Source: Octopus sinensis (lineage: Eukaryota). Taken from it: 64,000 bases of DNA. Position 1 is the stretch's first letter. Each line of letters starts with the position of its first letter. The stretch lies in the NCBI RefSeq assembly GCF_006345805.1, contig NC_043003.1, forward strand, positions 80,228,001-80,292,000, written 5' to 3'. Under the pieces are notes generated by a model. It searched no databases. It worked only from the letters and a program-made list of their open reading frames with translations, and was not told the DNA's origin. Of the stretch, positions 25,059 to 36,041 are shown one piece after another. Both the position numbers and the translations under genes were made by a program.

Positions 25059-25945
25059 ATATATGTACGTATGCTTGTATATATATATACTTATATATGT
25101 ATATATATATATATATCCACACACGCACACACATATAGCTCTTTAACTGTATAAGTATATAGAGATATGAGTGTGTGTGTGGAGGCTTCTGTGTATGTGG
25201 AGGTGTATATATGTAATGTTATACAATTAGAAGATATTATCTATAATAAGGCAAGTTTATCAACTGCTATTAACAGCCTTTGCATTCTAAGGAAGAGATA
25301 CTTTACAAAGTCAATTACACGAATTGATAATATGAATATAAATTGATTGGGAAAAATCTTTCTGATGTCATATGTTTTTGATTCGACATTTAAGAGGAAT
25401 GGATACGTTTTAAGTTTTAAACATTTCCTAGATTAGAAATGTATTGTACGCATTAACTAAAACTGATGCAGGTAAAATTTCGTCAGTCTATGGTATTTTT
25501 ACATTAGAGTAACTATTCGGAATTTATTTTATCTTCACTAAAATTATACAAATACAAACCAACGATGTTATTGAAGTAATGGAGATTAGAAAGAAATAGA
25601 GGAATAATGAATATAACAGCAAAAGAAAACTGTTAATTAAGAAAGATGATATGATTACATTGTAAAAATATACGGAATAAAAGAAAGTAATATAAAATAA
25701 CTACGAAGGAAATACTAAACGAAGTCATATCAACTGCGGAATACGGTTATATCAGCAATTTCTATGGAAGTTGAACATTAGAAAAACCACCAAATATTGC
25801 TTAAAGCACTCTGTCTACAAAGGTATTTGAAAAGCTTTATGTCTTCGACCGTAGATCTCCGGAAATAGCAATGATTCTAGAAAGATTAATATATACTACA
25901 GCTGCAATTGATAACGAGCATAAGAGGTTCATATATATAATATAT

Positions 25946-26020
<75 letters not shown>

Positions 26021-26062
26021 TATATTATATATATATATATATATTATATATATATATATATA

Positions 26063-26312
26063 TGTAAATGTAATATGTGACAATTATTCGGTAGCCATGA
26101 TAAACCTCCGAGTTTCGGATGCCGAGGTGGAAATCCACGCCGCCATCTCTTCAGTTATCCAGCCATCGGAAAAAATGCTATCATCGGAAAAATGATGGCC
26201 TTTTTCCGATGGCCGGATAACTGAAGAGATGGCGGCGTGGATTTCCACCTCGGCATCCGAATCTCGAAGTTTTATCATGGCTACCGTATAATTGTCACAT
26301 ATTACATTTACA
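26063..26312. mobile_element. Second copy of palindrome A (inside the 1426-bp duplication)
   Basis: Identical by eye to 24637-24886. Confidence 0.7.
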
Positions 26313-26424
26313 GATAAATTCCTCTATTTACACAATATCAAGCTCTCTTTCTTTCTTTAAGTTGTCTTACCATTTTTATCAATATATATATGTATGCATA
26401 TATGTATATATATATATGTATATA

Positions 26425-26487
<63 letters not shown>

Positions 26488-27391
26488 GTATGCTTGTATA
26501 TATATATACTTATATATGTATATATATATATATCCACACACGCACACACATATAGCTCTTTAACTGTATAAGTATATAGAGATATGAGTGTGTGTGTGGA
26601 GGCTTCTGTGTATGTGGAGGTGTATATATGTAATGTTATACAATTAGAAGATATTATCTATAATAAGGCAAGTTTATCAACTGCTATTAACAGCCTTTGC
26701 ATTCTAAGGAAGAGATACTTTACAAAGTCAATTACACGAATTGATAATATGAATATAAATTGATTGGGAAAAATCTTTCTGATGTCATATGTTTTTGATT
26801 CGACATTTAAGAGGAATGGAATACGTTTTAAGTTTTAAACATTTCCTAGATTAGAAATGTATTGTACGCATTAACTAAAACTGATGCAGGTAAAATTTCG
26901 TCAGTCTATGGTATTTTTACATTAGAGTAACTATTCGGAATTTATTTTATCTTCACTAAAATTATACAAATACAAACCAACGATGTTATTGAAGTAATGG
27001 AGATTAGAAAGAAATAGAGGAATAAATGAATATAACAGCAAAAGAAAACTGTTAATTTAAGAAAGATGATATGATTACATTGTAAAAATATACGGAATAA
27101 AAGAAAGTAATATAAAATAACTACGAAGGAAATACTAAACGAAGTCATATCAACTGCGGAATACGGTTATATCAGCAATTTCTATGGAAGTGAACATTAG
27201 AAAAACCACCAAATATTGCTTAAAGCACTCTGTCTACAAAGGTATTTGAAAAGCTTTATGTCTTCGACCGTAGATCTCCGGAAATAGCAATGATTCTAGA
27301 AAGATTAATATATACTACAGCTGCAATTGATAACGAGCATAAGAGGTTCATATATATAATATATACACACACACACACACACATATAATAT

Positions 27392-27440
<49 letters not shown>

Positions 27441-28019
27441 TCTTACATGAATTTCAGAGCAGATGTTTATTTGTTTTGTTTAGAGGAGAACATGTTGGAG
27501 AAAGGGAGAAAAAGAGGAAGATAGGGAGCAGGTCAATCGAGAAAGAGAAAGTCTATAATTACAAACATGCATGCATTCATACATACATACATATATATAT
27601 ACATATGCATATACATATATACAGGTATAAGTTAGAGGTGTTTAAAGCCTCTAAGGGATAAATATATCCAAAGGCACTTCTCGTAATTACCTCAGTAGGT
27701 ATATTCCTTGCTATTAGGTGTACGGCAGCATGTAATTTAGCGGGTAACCGTAGATTACAATTTATACAGGCAAGAAGAAAATGGAGGAGAAATAAGAAAC
27801 ACGAGTTTGGAGTAGGGTAACGTAGAATATGTGTGAGGAATTTTGTGTAGTTATCTATAATATATGTTTGGGTTAGTATAAGTGGTTAAGGGGAGGTAAT
27901 GCGCTGATAAGTAAGTCTACTAGTTTGGGTGAGTCTAGGATAGTGATATTATGGGATAGAGCGGGTTGAGCGAATCTTAGAGGAGACAAATTGGCCTATA
28001 TGCAGGCAAAATTATTATT

Positions 28020-28400
28020 TTCATGTTTTTTTATTCAGTAGAGGCAGTTTGGCCATTAATATATTTAGGCGCTCTGTTAAACAGAGATCGCACCGCTTAT
28101 TAGTAGTGTTATAAGACGAGGTGGTTGCTAGCATGCGCCATTTTAAACTATAATTAATTTCTTTATCCTTTAATTCCAAAATGTAGCTACGAAGCCCTTT
28201 AGCGTTCGCTTAACTTCTATTTCTGAAGCTAGATTGGTGTGAGTTGTATCTCATGAATATATGGTTTTTCGTGCCTCCATATATGTTTTTATATAGTTAT
28301 TTGTGAGTATGTCGCATTGGTATACTACATTTTCTGTTTTACTCCCATTGGAGAATGGTTTAAAGGGATTAAGTCTACTAGAAGGGATGAGGCTAGGATA
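28020..28400 (-). pseudogene. PLE GIY-YIG endonuclease fragment
   Basis: Minus strand: NVVYQCDIL...KTY (frameshift) GGTKNHIFMRYNSHQSSFRNRS*ANAKGLRSYILELKDKEINYSLKWRML...YNTTNKRCDLCLTERLNIL...LLNKK. Confidence 0.8.
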
Positions 28401-28513
28401 GTGATATGTACAGGATAGAGCGGCACAGTCATTTTTCTCCTTGAAATAATTGTCTCATCGTGATCTCTATCGAAATATATTATGGGATTCTTGAATTGAT
28501 ACTTGTGTGTGTG

Positions 28514-28546
<33 letters not shown>

Positions 28547-28607
28547 ACCGGCGAATGGACAAATGCAAGTAAGGTCACTCAATATAATATTGCGTGTTAC
28601 ATGTATG

Positions 28608-28774
28608 GATCAAAAGAGTTTAGTTCGGATTCCGTGCTACATAATGTTTCTAAGCCCTTAACGAGATTTCTCTTCAGGCCGGCGGTAATTCAACTTGCCA
28701 CCGGCCTTTCAAAATCCCCGTTAGGGGATTAGAAACCTTAAGTATCACGGAATCCGAATGGAACTGCTTTGATC
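28608..28774. mobile_element. Imperfect palindrome with outward-facing hammerhead motifs (element B)
   Basis: Arms gatcaaaag..ttcggattccgtg / cacggaatccgaa..ctttgatc; minus arm reads ccggc-CTGAAGA-...-GAAAC-attat-GTA-gcacgg; plus arm keeps stem II aatcccc-gtta-ggggatt and GAAAC-cttaa-GTA. Confidence 0.65.
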
Positions 28775-28868
28775 GATACCTACATTCATACATACGTGCA
28801 TACATACATACCTGAGCGGCTTGAAACGGTCGTACAGTATAACTTGATATCCTGTTGTTTATTTTGAT

Positions 28869-28891
<23 letters not shown>

Positions 28892-28899
<8 letters not shown>

Positions 28900-28949
28900 T
28901 CAATATAGGGTGCCAAAAAATTTTTTGCCACCCTATATTGATTAATTAT
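28892..28949. repeat. 58-bp near-perfect palindrome abutting (TA)n
   Basis: ataattaatcaatatagggtgccaaaaaa|ttttttgccaccctatattgattaattat, one mismatch; related sequence at ~22346-22395. Confidence 0.9.
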
Positions 28950-29103
28950 GAATTTTCTGGTTAATTCCGTAATGGAATCGGCGGCTTATATTTATTTGCT
29001 GCCGATAATTTTGGCGCGAGTGCGATGATTTGAAAATTTTAGGTCAGATATTGCCGAGGCAGGGAAGGAAATGCCTCGTGAAAATATCTGTTCCGACTTG
29101 GCT

Positions 29104-29210
29104 ATTTCTTACTGATGATTCTAAGGGCCTATGGAAGATTGGCTTGATTTAATTTAATCAGGTTAGTTTACCATTAAACAGTAGATGAAACGGTGCATCG
29201 TATAAGAAAT
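29104..29210 (+). ncRNA. Type I hammerhead ribozyme (PLE-type)
   Basis: Stem I atttctta (29104-11) / taagaaat (29203-10), 8 bp perfect; CTGATGA 29112-18; stem II tcta/taga with a long loop; GAAAC 29187-91; self-complementary stem III acggtgcatcgt; GUA cleavage triplet ending 29202. Confidence 0.85.
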
Positions 29211-29404
29211 TACAGGGTAAATGTTTTTTAATTTTCTCCTGGTTTACGGAATTGATGTTATTTTGCGGTTGAAGCATTGGCTGTTATTTCTAGTGGGTGA
29301 ATGGCCTATTATGGCCGTTCCTTGATTGTGATATATATATATATATATATATAATATATATATATATTATATATATATATATATATATTTATTATATAGA
29401 AGGA

Positions 29405-29453
29405 GCTTCTACAGGACTAGAACTGTTTCATTCAAGAGAAATCTTCAGGAAGC
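29405..29453 (-). ncRNA. Mirror-image hammerhead in the left arm of palindrome C
   Basis: Exact reverse complement of 29454-29502. Confidence 0.75.
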
Positions 29454-29502
29454 GCTTCCTGAAGATTTCTCTTGAATGAAACAGTTCTAGTCCTGTAGAA
29501 GC
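29454..29502 (+). ncRNA. Type I hammerhead ribozyme in the right arm of palindrome C
   Basis: gcttc-CTGAAGA-t-ttc(tctt)gaa-t-GAAAC-ag-ttctagtc-ct-GTA-gaagc: stem I 5 bp, stem III acag/ctgt, GUA ending 29497; stem II short and non-canonically closed. Confidence 0.75.
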
Positions 29503-29586
29503 TCCTTCTATATAATAAATTAATTTTACTCTGCTATGTATTGAGTACCTTATTTACTGTGGTTAACCCCGAATCAACCCGGGACC

Positions 29587-29622
<36 letters not shown>

Positions 29623-30006
29623 TACGCGCATATAGGTATACATTCATATGAATATATATATTTGTATATCGTATTAAGGCTTTTGACCATTCGTATGATT
29701 GCTTTTTGTTTCACAAATTTAAATACAGCTTTTCTGATTTGTGTTTACTGCAGCAAATTGGGTTCATCTTGTACCTCCGATTAACATTTTTAAGTGTGTT
29801 AAGCTCAACCACACCTACGAATCCAATGTCTGACGAGGGTTGGCAGAGTGTTGAAAATGTGAGGGCCCTTCAAGACTAACTGTTAATGTAACTCTTGATG
29901 GGGAAGAGGGATCTTTGCGTACTCTACGGTTGCGTCCAATTCGGTATTTCTTACAGATTTCAATCCTGAAATTGGGTGCTAAAACATCGCCTAGTTTATA
30001 TATATG

Positions 30007-30075
<69 letters not shown>

Positions 30076-30107
30076 ATATATATATACATATATACATATA
30101 TATATAC

Positions 30108-30148
<41 letters not shown>

Positions 30149-30163
30149 TATATACATATATAT

Positions 30164-30205
<42 letters not shown>

Positions 30206-31019
30206 ATATATATATGTATGTATATATGTGTATACACACACACATACACACACATGCACATATCTATACATTTAAGGAAACAAAATTCGAATGTTCACAA
30301 ACTTGTAAGTCGACAAAGTAAAATATTTTAATTGATGTCGCGATAAATTTGTCAAAGTAAGTAGCAGATATAAGTGGGATAAGGAATTATATTAAAAATG
30401 ATCTTATTCGGGAAGATGGAGAAAATAGCAAAAGAAATGGGAAGTAAGACAGATAGGATGAGAAAGCGAAAGAAAGAATGAGAAAGAGGGAGAGATAGAG
30501 TGGAGGGAGAAAAAGATAGATGCAATATTTCCCTTTTTGTCACATTTGTACAGATATTAAGAAAATATGAAAAGTTATGACTGATGTTTTAGTTGATAAC
30601 AGAGACATTCCAATTTCAATATATCTCTTCTTTGTATGAACAGCAATAACGCTGGAGGAACTATGAGATATTATAATAAACAAGCGCTAACAAAACAAAT
30701 TGTTTCCTTGAAGAAACATATCTATCTTACAAGAATGCTTCAGTGCCAAAACTGGATTGGAACAATACCAAGTGTGGTTTATTGTTGTAGAAAAGTCTGG
30801 GTTTAGGGAAATAGAATGTCAATCTTATTACAAATACAATCACTGCCTGTGATTGCGGGGTATTATCAGATGGAAACTCAAATATATCGTAAAGATAAAA
30901 AGATGAAGAGATTCTAAGAAGAGTTGAGAAACGATAATATCATGGAGGTAGCATTTTGGATAGTCTAAGTGAAGGAAGTTAAAAGGAGTGGAGGCGTATG
31001 TTAGAGAGTGAGAGGGTGT

Positions 31020-31520
31020 GGCAAAGAGAGAGAGAGAGAGAGAGAGGAATAAGGAGATAGAGGTGGAGGAAAAGAGAGAGAAGGGAAGCGTGAGAGAAGA
31101 AATGGCAGAAAGTGTGAGAAGGAGAGAAGAAGCGGGAAAGAAGGAAAAGGAGAGAGGGAAAGAGGGATGGAGAGCAGGAGCGAGAAAAAGTAGGAGAGGG
31201 AAAGAAGGAGGGAGACAGTGGCGGAGAAGGAGAGAGAGACGGGGAGAGGGAAAGAAGGGAAAATGTTGGGGAGGAGGTAAAGAGGAGAGGGAAAGAGGGA
31301 GAGCGGAAAGCAGAGAAGGGGAGAGAAAGTGAGAGAGGGAGAAAAGGAGAAAGAGGGAGAGAGAGGGAAAGAAGAATGAAGTAAGAGAGGAAGGAAAGGA
31401 AGAAGAAAGAGAAGGGTAGAAGAAGGAGAAGGAGAGGGGCAGAGAAAGATAGAGAAGGAGGAAGAGAGAGGCAGGAGAGGAAGAGGGAGCGATGGACGTA
31501 GTGAAGGCGAAAGAGGGAGA
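31020..31520 (+). repeat. ~500-bp polypurine (GA-rich) low-complexity tract
   Basis: Almost entirely A/G on the plus strand; source of the spurious S/L/F-rich and R/E/G-rich ORFs. Confidence 0.9.
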
Positions 31521-31968
31521 GTGTGTTAGTCTGAATAGATGCATGCTAAAGTAGAGAGCGGACGGATGTGATTGCAGGTGAAAACAAGAGAATAGTAGAC
31601 AATTCCTATTTGTATCTATCTCTTTCTATGCCTTCGCTAGACACTTGTATCACAAAAGAGAGTGGGTTTTAAACAACATCAATATCGACAATAACAAAAC
31701 TACCAACAATAGCAGTTATTAGCTGTAGTGATGACTGCAAGTAGCAGAGAAAGACTTCTTCCTCCTCCCCGGAAGTAGTTAAATGGACAGAATCTGACAG
31801 AGGACTAAAGCCTGAAAAGGAAATTGAATCCTTTTAAAGCTTCGCAGAGACCCTGATGTAATAATGTGAAGGAGAGAAAGTCACATCGTCGACGAAATTC
31901 TGTGTGAATCGCGTGCTCTCTCTCCCTCTCTCACCATCTCATTCACTCATTCCTTCTCACTCTCTTTC

Positions 31969-32029
<61 letters not shown>

Positions 32030-32362
32030 AGGGACAGAGGGAGAGAGGGACATTATATATATATATATATATATAATATATATACACACGCATACATACA
32101 CATACAGTTACCAGAGCATTCACACAAATACATAGAAACATAAAATAGTTCTACTGGATGAAACTCCTTCAGATGATGAAGTGGACAGTAAGGAGTAAGT
32201 GACATTGAAGAAGGAAATGAAGTGCATATATATAAGCCCAAGAGAAGAGCAAATTACTGATAAGCAAGCTTGCAATTGTTGTCGTTGTTGTTTTTGTCCT
32301 CATTGTTGCTGTAGTTTTGTTGTTGTTGTAGTTCTTGTAGTTGTTCATATTATTATCATTAT

Positions 32363-33085
32363 TAAGGCAGAATCGTGGTAGAATCGTTAGCACGCCTGAC
32401 GAAATGCAAAGCGGCTCTCTGTTTAAATTATCTCTGTTCAAATTCCAACGGAGTCAACTTAGCCTTTTAGTACAAAGTATTATTATTTTTGAGGGCGGCG
32501 AGCTGGCAGAATCGTCAACATCTGACAAAATGTTTGGCGGCAGTTCTTCTGGCTTTACGTTCTGAGTTCCAATGCTGCCAAGTTCAACTTTGCCATCTAC
32601 CATCGAGGTCGATAAAATAAGTATCCATTGAGCACCGGGTTACCCTCTTCCCCGAACGTGCTGACTTGTGCCAAAATTTGAAACAATTATTATTGTGGTT
32701 AAAGTAAGGTGGCCAGCTGGCAGAATCGTTAGCACGCTAGGCGAAGTGTTTAGCGGTATTTTGTCTGTCTTCGTGTTCTGTGTTCAAACACCACCGGAAT
32801 GAACTTTGGTTTTCATCCTTTCAAGATCGATGAATTAAGTACCAGTGAAATACTGAGGTCGATGTAATTCACTGGTGCCCACACTCAAAATTTCATGCCT
32901 TGAGCCTATGGTAGAAAATATTATAGTGATTAAAGCAAGGACATTCCAGAGGCGTTAGCACGCCGGACAAAGTGCATGGTGACATTTCTAAACGTTAAAA
33001 CGCTGCCAAGGTCCACTTTGCCATTCTTTCTTTCGGGGACGATAAAATAAGTACAAGTTAGGAACTGATCCCGATCTAATCGGCT
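32363..33085 (+). mobile_element. Array of four diverged SINE family 2 copies (duplicated at ~33978-34700)
   Basis: Repeated ggcagaatcgttagcacgc...gttcaaa...tcgataaaataagtac units at ~32365, 32495, 32708 and 32935. Confidence 0.8.
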
Positions 33086-33481
33086 TAACCACTTTCAATG
33101 AAACTACAGAAATTACAAAATTTGAAATCATCCTAATTAAATTTATTGTAGCATCAACAGTGGTAGTAATAGCATCAATAGTTACAGTAACAAAGGCAGA
33201 ATTCACTATTATTCTTAACACGCGTTGCATCAGTGCGGTAGAATGATATTAGCAAATGAAGTTTTCGACATTTAATCAACATCCGGCTTTGCAGAAAATT
33301 TAAACACTAAAAGAAGTATCTCAGTTAAATGAATCTTCAAATGTATAGAGCAGTACACATAAACATTTATTTAATACCAACATTAATTGTAGGTATCACT
33401 GGATTAAACTAATTTGTTCAAGGGAACACAGTTAGTGTTCATAAAGCTACAATTCCATCAATGTACATGCGTGAGTGTATA

Positions 33482-33659
33482 AAGGTGGCGAGCTTGTAGA
33501 ATCTTAGAAGACTAAGCGTCATTTAGTCTGTCTTTATGTTCCTAGTTCAAATTCCACCGGGGAGATTTTTTCCTTTCGTCCTTTCCAGGGTCGATAAAAT
33601 GAGTACCAGTTGAACACTGGAGCCGATGTGTTCGATTGAACAGAAAACTTGAAATCAGC

Positions 33660-33660
<1 letters not shown>
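33482..33660 (+). mobile_element. SINE family 2 copy (duplicated at ~35097-35274)
   Basis: aaggtggcgagcttgtagaatc...gttcaaattccaccgggg...tcgataaaatgagtaccagttg. Confidence 0.7.
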
Positions 33661-33697
<37 letters not shown>

Positions 33698-35273
33698 TAC
33701 ACACGCATACATACACATACAGTTACCAGAGCATTCACACAAATACATAGAAACATAAAATAGTTCTACTGGATGAAACTCCTTCAGATGATGAAGTGGA
33801 CAGTAAGGAGTAAGTGACATTGAAGAAGGAAATGAAGTGCATATATATAAGCCCAAGAGAAGAGCAAATTACTGATAAGCAAGCTTGCAATTGTTGTCGT
33901 TGTTGTTTTTGTCCTCATTGTTGCTGTAGTTTTGTTGTTGTTGTAGTTCTTGTAGTTGTTCATATTATTATCATTATTAAGGCAGAATCGTGGTAGAATC
34001 GTTAGCACGCCTGACGAAATGCAAAGCGGCTCTCTGTTTAAATTATCTCTGTTCAAATTCCAACGGAGTCAACTTAGCCTTTTAGTACAAAGTATTATTA
34101 TTTTTGAGGGCGGCGAGCTGGCAGAATCGTCAACATCTGACAAAATGTTTGGCGGCAGTTCTTCTGGCTTTACGTTCTGAGTTCCAATGCTGCCAAGTTC
34201 AACTTTGCCATCTACCATCGAGGTCGATAAAATAAGTATCCATTGAGCACCGGGTTACCCTCTTCCCCGAACGTGCTGACTTGTGCCAAAATTTGAAACA
34301 ATTATTATTGTGGTTAAAGTAAGGTGGCCAGCTGGCAGAATCGTTAGCACGCTAGGCGAAGTGTTTAGCGGTATTTTGTCTGTCTTCGTGTTCTGTGTTC
34401 AAACACCACCGGAATGAACTTTGGTTTTCATCCTTTCAAGATCGATGAATTAAGTACCAGTGAAATACTGAGGTCGATGTAATTCACTGGTGCCCACACT
34501 CAAAATTTCATGCCTTGAGCCTATGGTAGAAAATATTATAGTGATTAAAGCAAGGACATTCCAGAGGCGTTAGCACGCCGGACAAAGTGCATGGTGACAT
34601 TTCTAAACGTTAAAACGCTGCCAAGGTCCACTTTGCCATTCTTTCTTTCGGGGACGATAAAATAAGTACAAGTTAGGAACTGATCCCGATCTAATCGGCT
34701 TAACCACTTTCAATGAAACTACAGAAATTACAAATTTGAAATCATCCTAATTAAATTTATTGTAGCATCAACAGTGGTAGTAATAGCATCAATAGTTACA
34801 GTAACAAAGGCAGAATTCACTATTATTCTTAACACGCGTTGCATCAGTGCGGTAGAATGATATTAGCAAATGAAGTTTTCGACATTTAATCAACATCCGG
34901 CTTTGCAGAAAATTTAAACACTAAAAGAAGTATCTCAGTTAAATGAATCTTCAAATGTATAGAGCAGTACACATAAACATTTATTTAATACCAACATTGA
35001 TTGTAGGTATCACTGGATTAAACTAATTTGTTCAAGGGAACACAGTTAGTGTTCATAAAGCTACAATTCCATCAATGTACATGCGTGAGTGTATAAAGGT
35101 GGCGAGCTTGTAGAATCTTAGAAGACTAAGCGTCATTTAGTCTGTCTTTATGTTCCTAGTTCAAATTCCACCGGGGAGATTTTTTCCTTTCGTCCTTTCC
35201 AGGGTCGATAAAATGAGTACCAGTTGAACACTGGAGCCGATGTGTTCGATTGAACAGAAAACTTGAAATCAGC

Positions 35274-35315
<42 letters not shown>

Positions 35316-35828
35316 TATATATAAATTTGGTTCTAGTGATTAACTAGAGCTTTATTTTATTGCTAATTATTTATATCCTAGACAGAAAGCCCCACACAAG
35401 GTATTACGGCAACAGTGGTTTGTTTTACAGATGTGTTCAGTTTGGATCACAGATTTTTTTTATTAATTATTTTACCTAAACATTTTGAAACTTCGTATAC
35501 TGGTGGAATGTCTTACACAGAACACGGTTTACTTTGAACATTTTAGACAAATTTTGGTATTTTAGAAGCTATTTCGTGTTAAAGTTGTATTTCGGTAATT
35601 TTGACCAATCAACGACGTGTATATGTATATATATTTTGTATATATGTATATATGTACGTGTGTTTCTGATGTGTATATATATGTACATATAATATATATA
35701 TACACACAAACATATATATGTATATATGTTTGCATGCATATATGCATATATGTGTATGTGTGTAAGCATATATACATAAATATTTTCCTATAAACTCGTC
35801 GTCAGCAGGGTTATTTATATGCATGTAA

Positions 35829-36041
35829 CTTTATTTCACGTTGCTCCAGTTCACTCAGCTATTGAAATGAGTTGCGATGTCCCTGGTGCCAAGTTGGAAA
35901 ACATTGGTGGCGTGGAGAGGTGAGGCTGTTATGCATAGGCCACTGATTGTCTCCCTTAAAAACCTTGCCCGGGCTTGTCCCGCGGAGGGTAAGTATTTAG
36001 GTTCAATCCCATGGTCGTTCATGACCGAAGAGGTTCACCCT
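35829..36041 (+). mobile_element. 5'-truncated SINE family 1-related copy
   Basis: actttatttcacgttgctccagttcactcagct...ggtggcgtggagaggtgaggctg is the reverse complement of motifs at 3410-3540. Confidence 0.7.

Larger units (their letters stand above)
24589..27436. repeat. Direct tandem duplication, ~2 x 1426 bp, breakpoints in (TA)n
   Basis: The ORF at 24658 recurs at 26084 (offset 1426); non-repeat parts differ mainly by 1-nt homopolymer indels. Confidence 0.92.
29387..29520. mobile_element. 134-bp perfect, loop-less palindrome (element C)
   Basis: 29387-29453 is the exact reverse complement of 29454-29520 (centre ggaagc|gcttcc); left arm starts at a (TA)n tract. Confidence 0.95.
32052..35276. 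repeat. Direct tandem duplication, ~2 x 1615 bp, breakpoints in (TA)n
   Basis: ORFs at 32169/33784, 32199/33814 and 32341/33956 are offset by 1615; about two differences seen. Confidence 0.95.

Noticed and set aside
30840-31544. 234-aa S/L/F/P-rich ORF
   Set aside because: It is the antisense reading of the polypurine tract; low complexity.
35370-35620. Possible DNA transposon terminus (ta-cacgtcgttgattgg on minus strand)
   Set aside because: No matching opposite TIR or transposase in the window; cannot be supported from this sequence alone.
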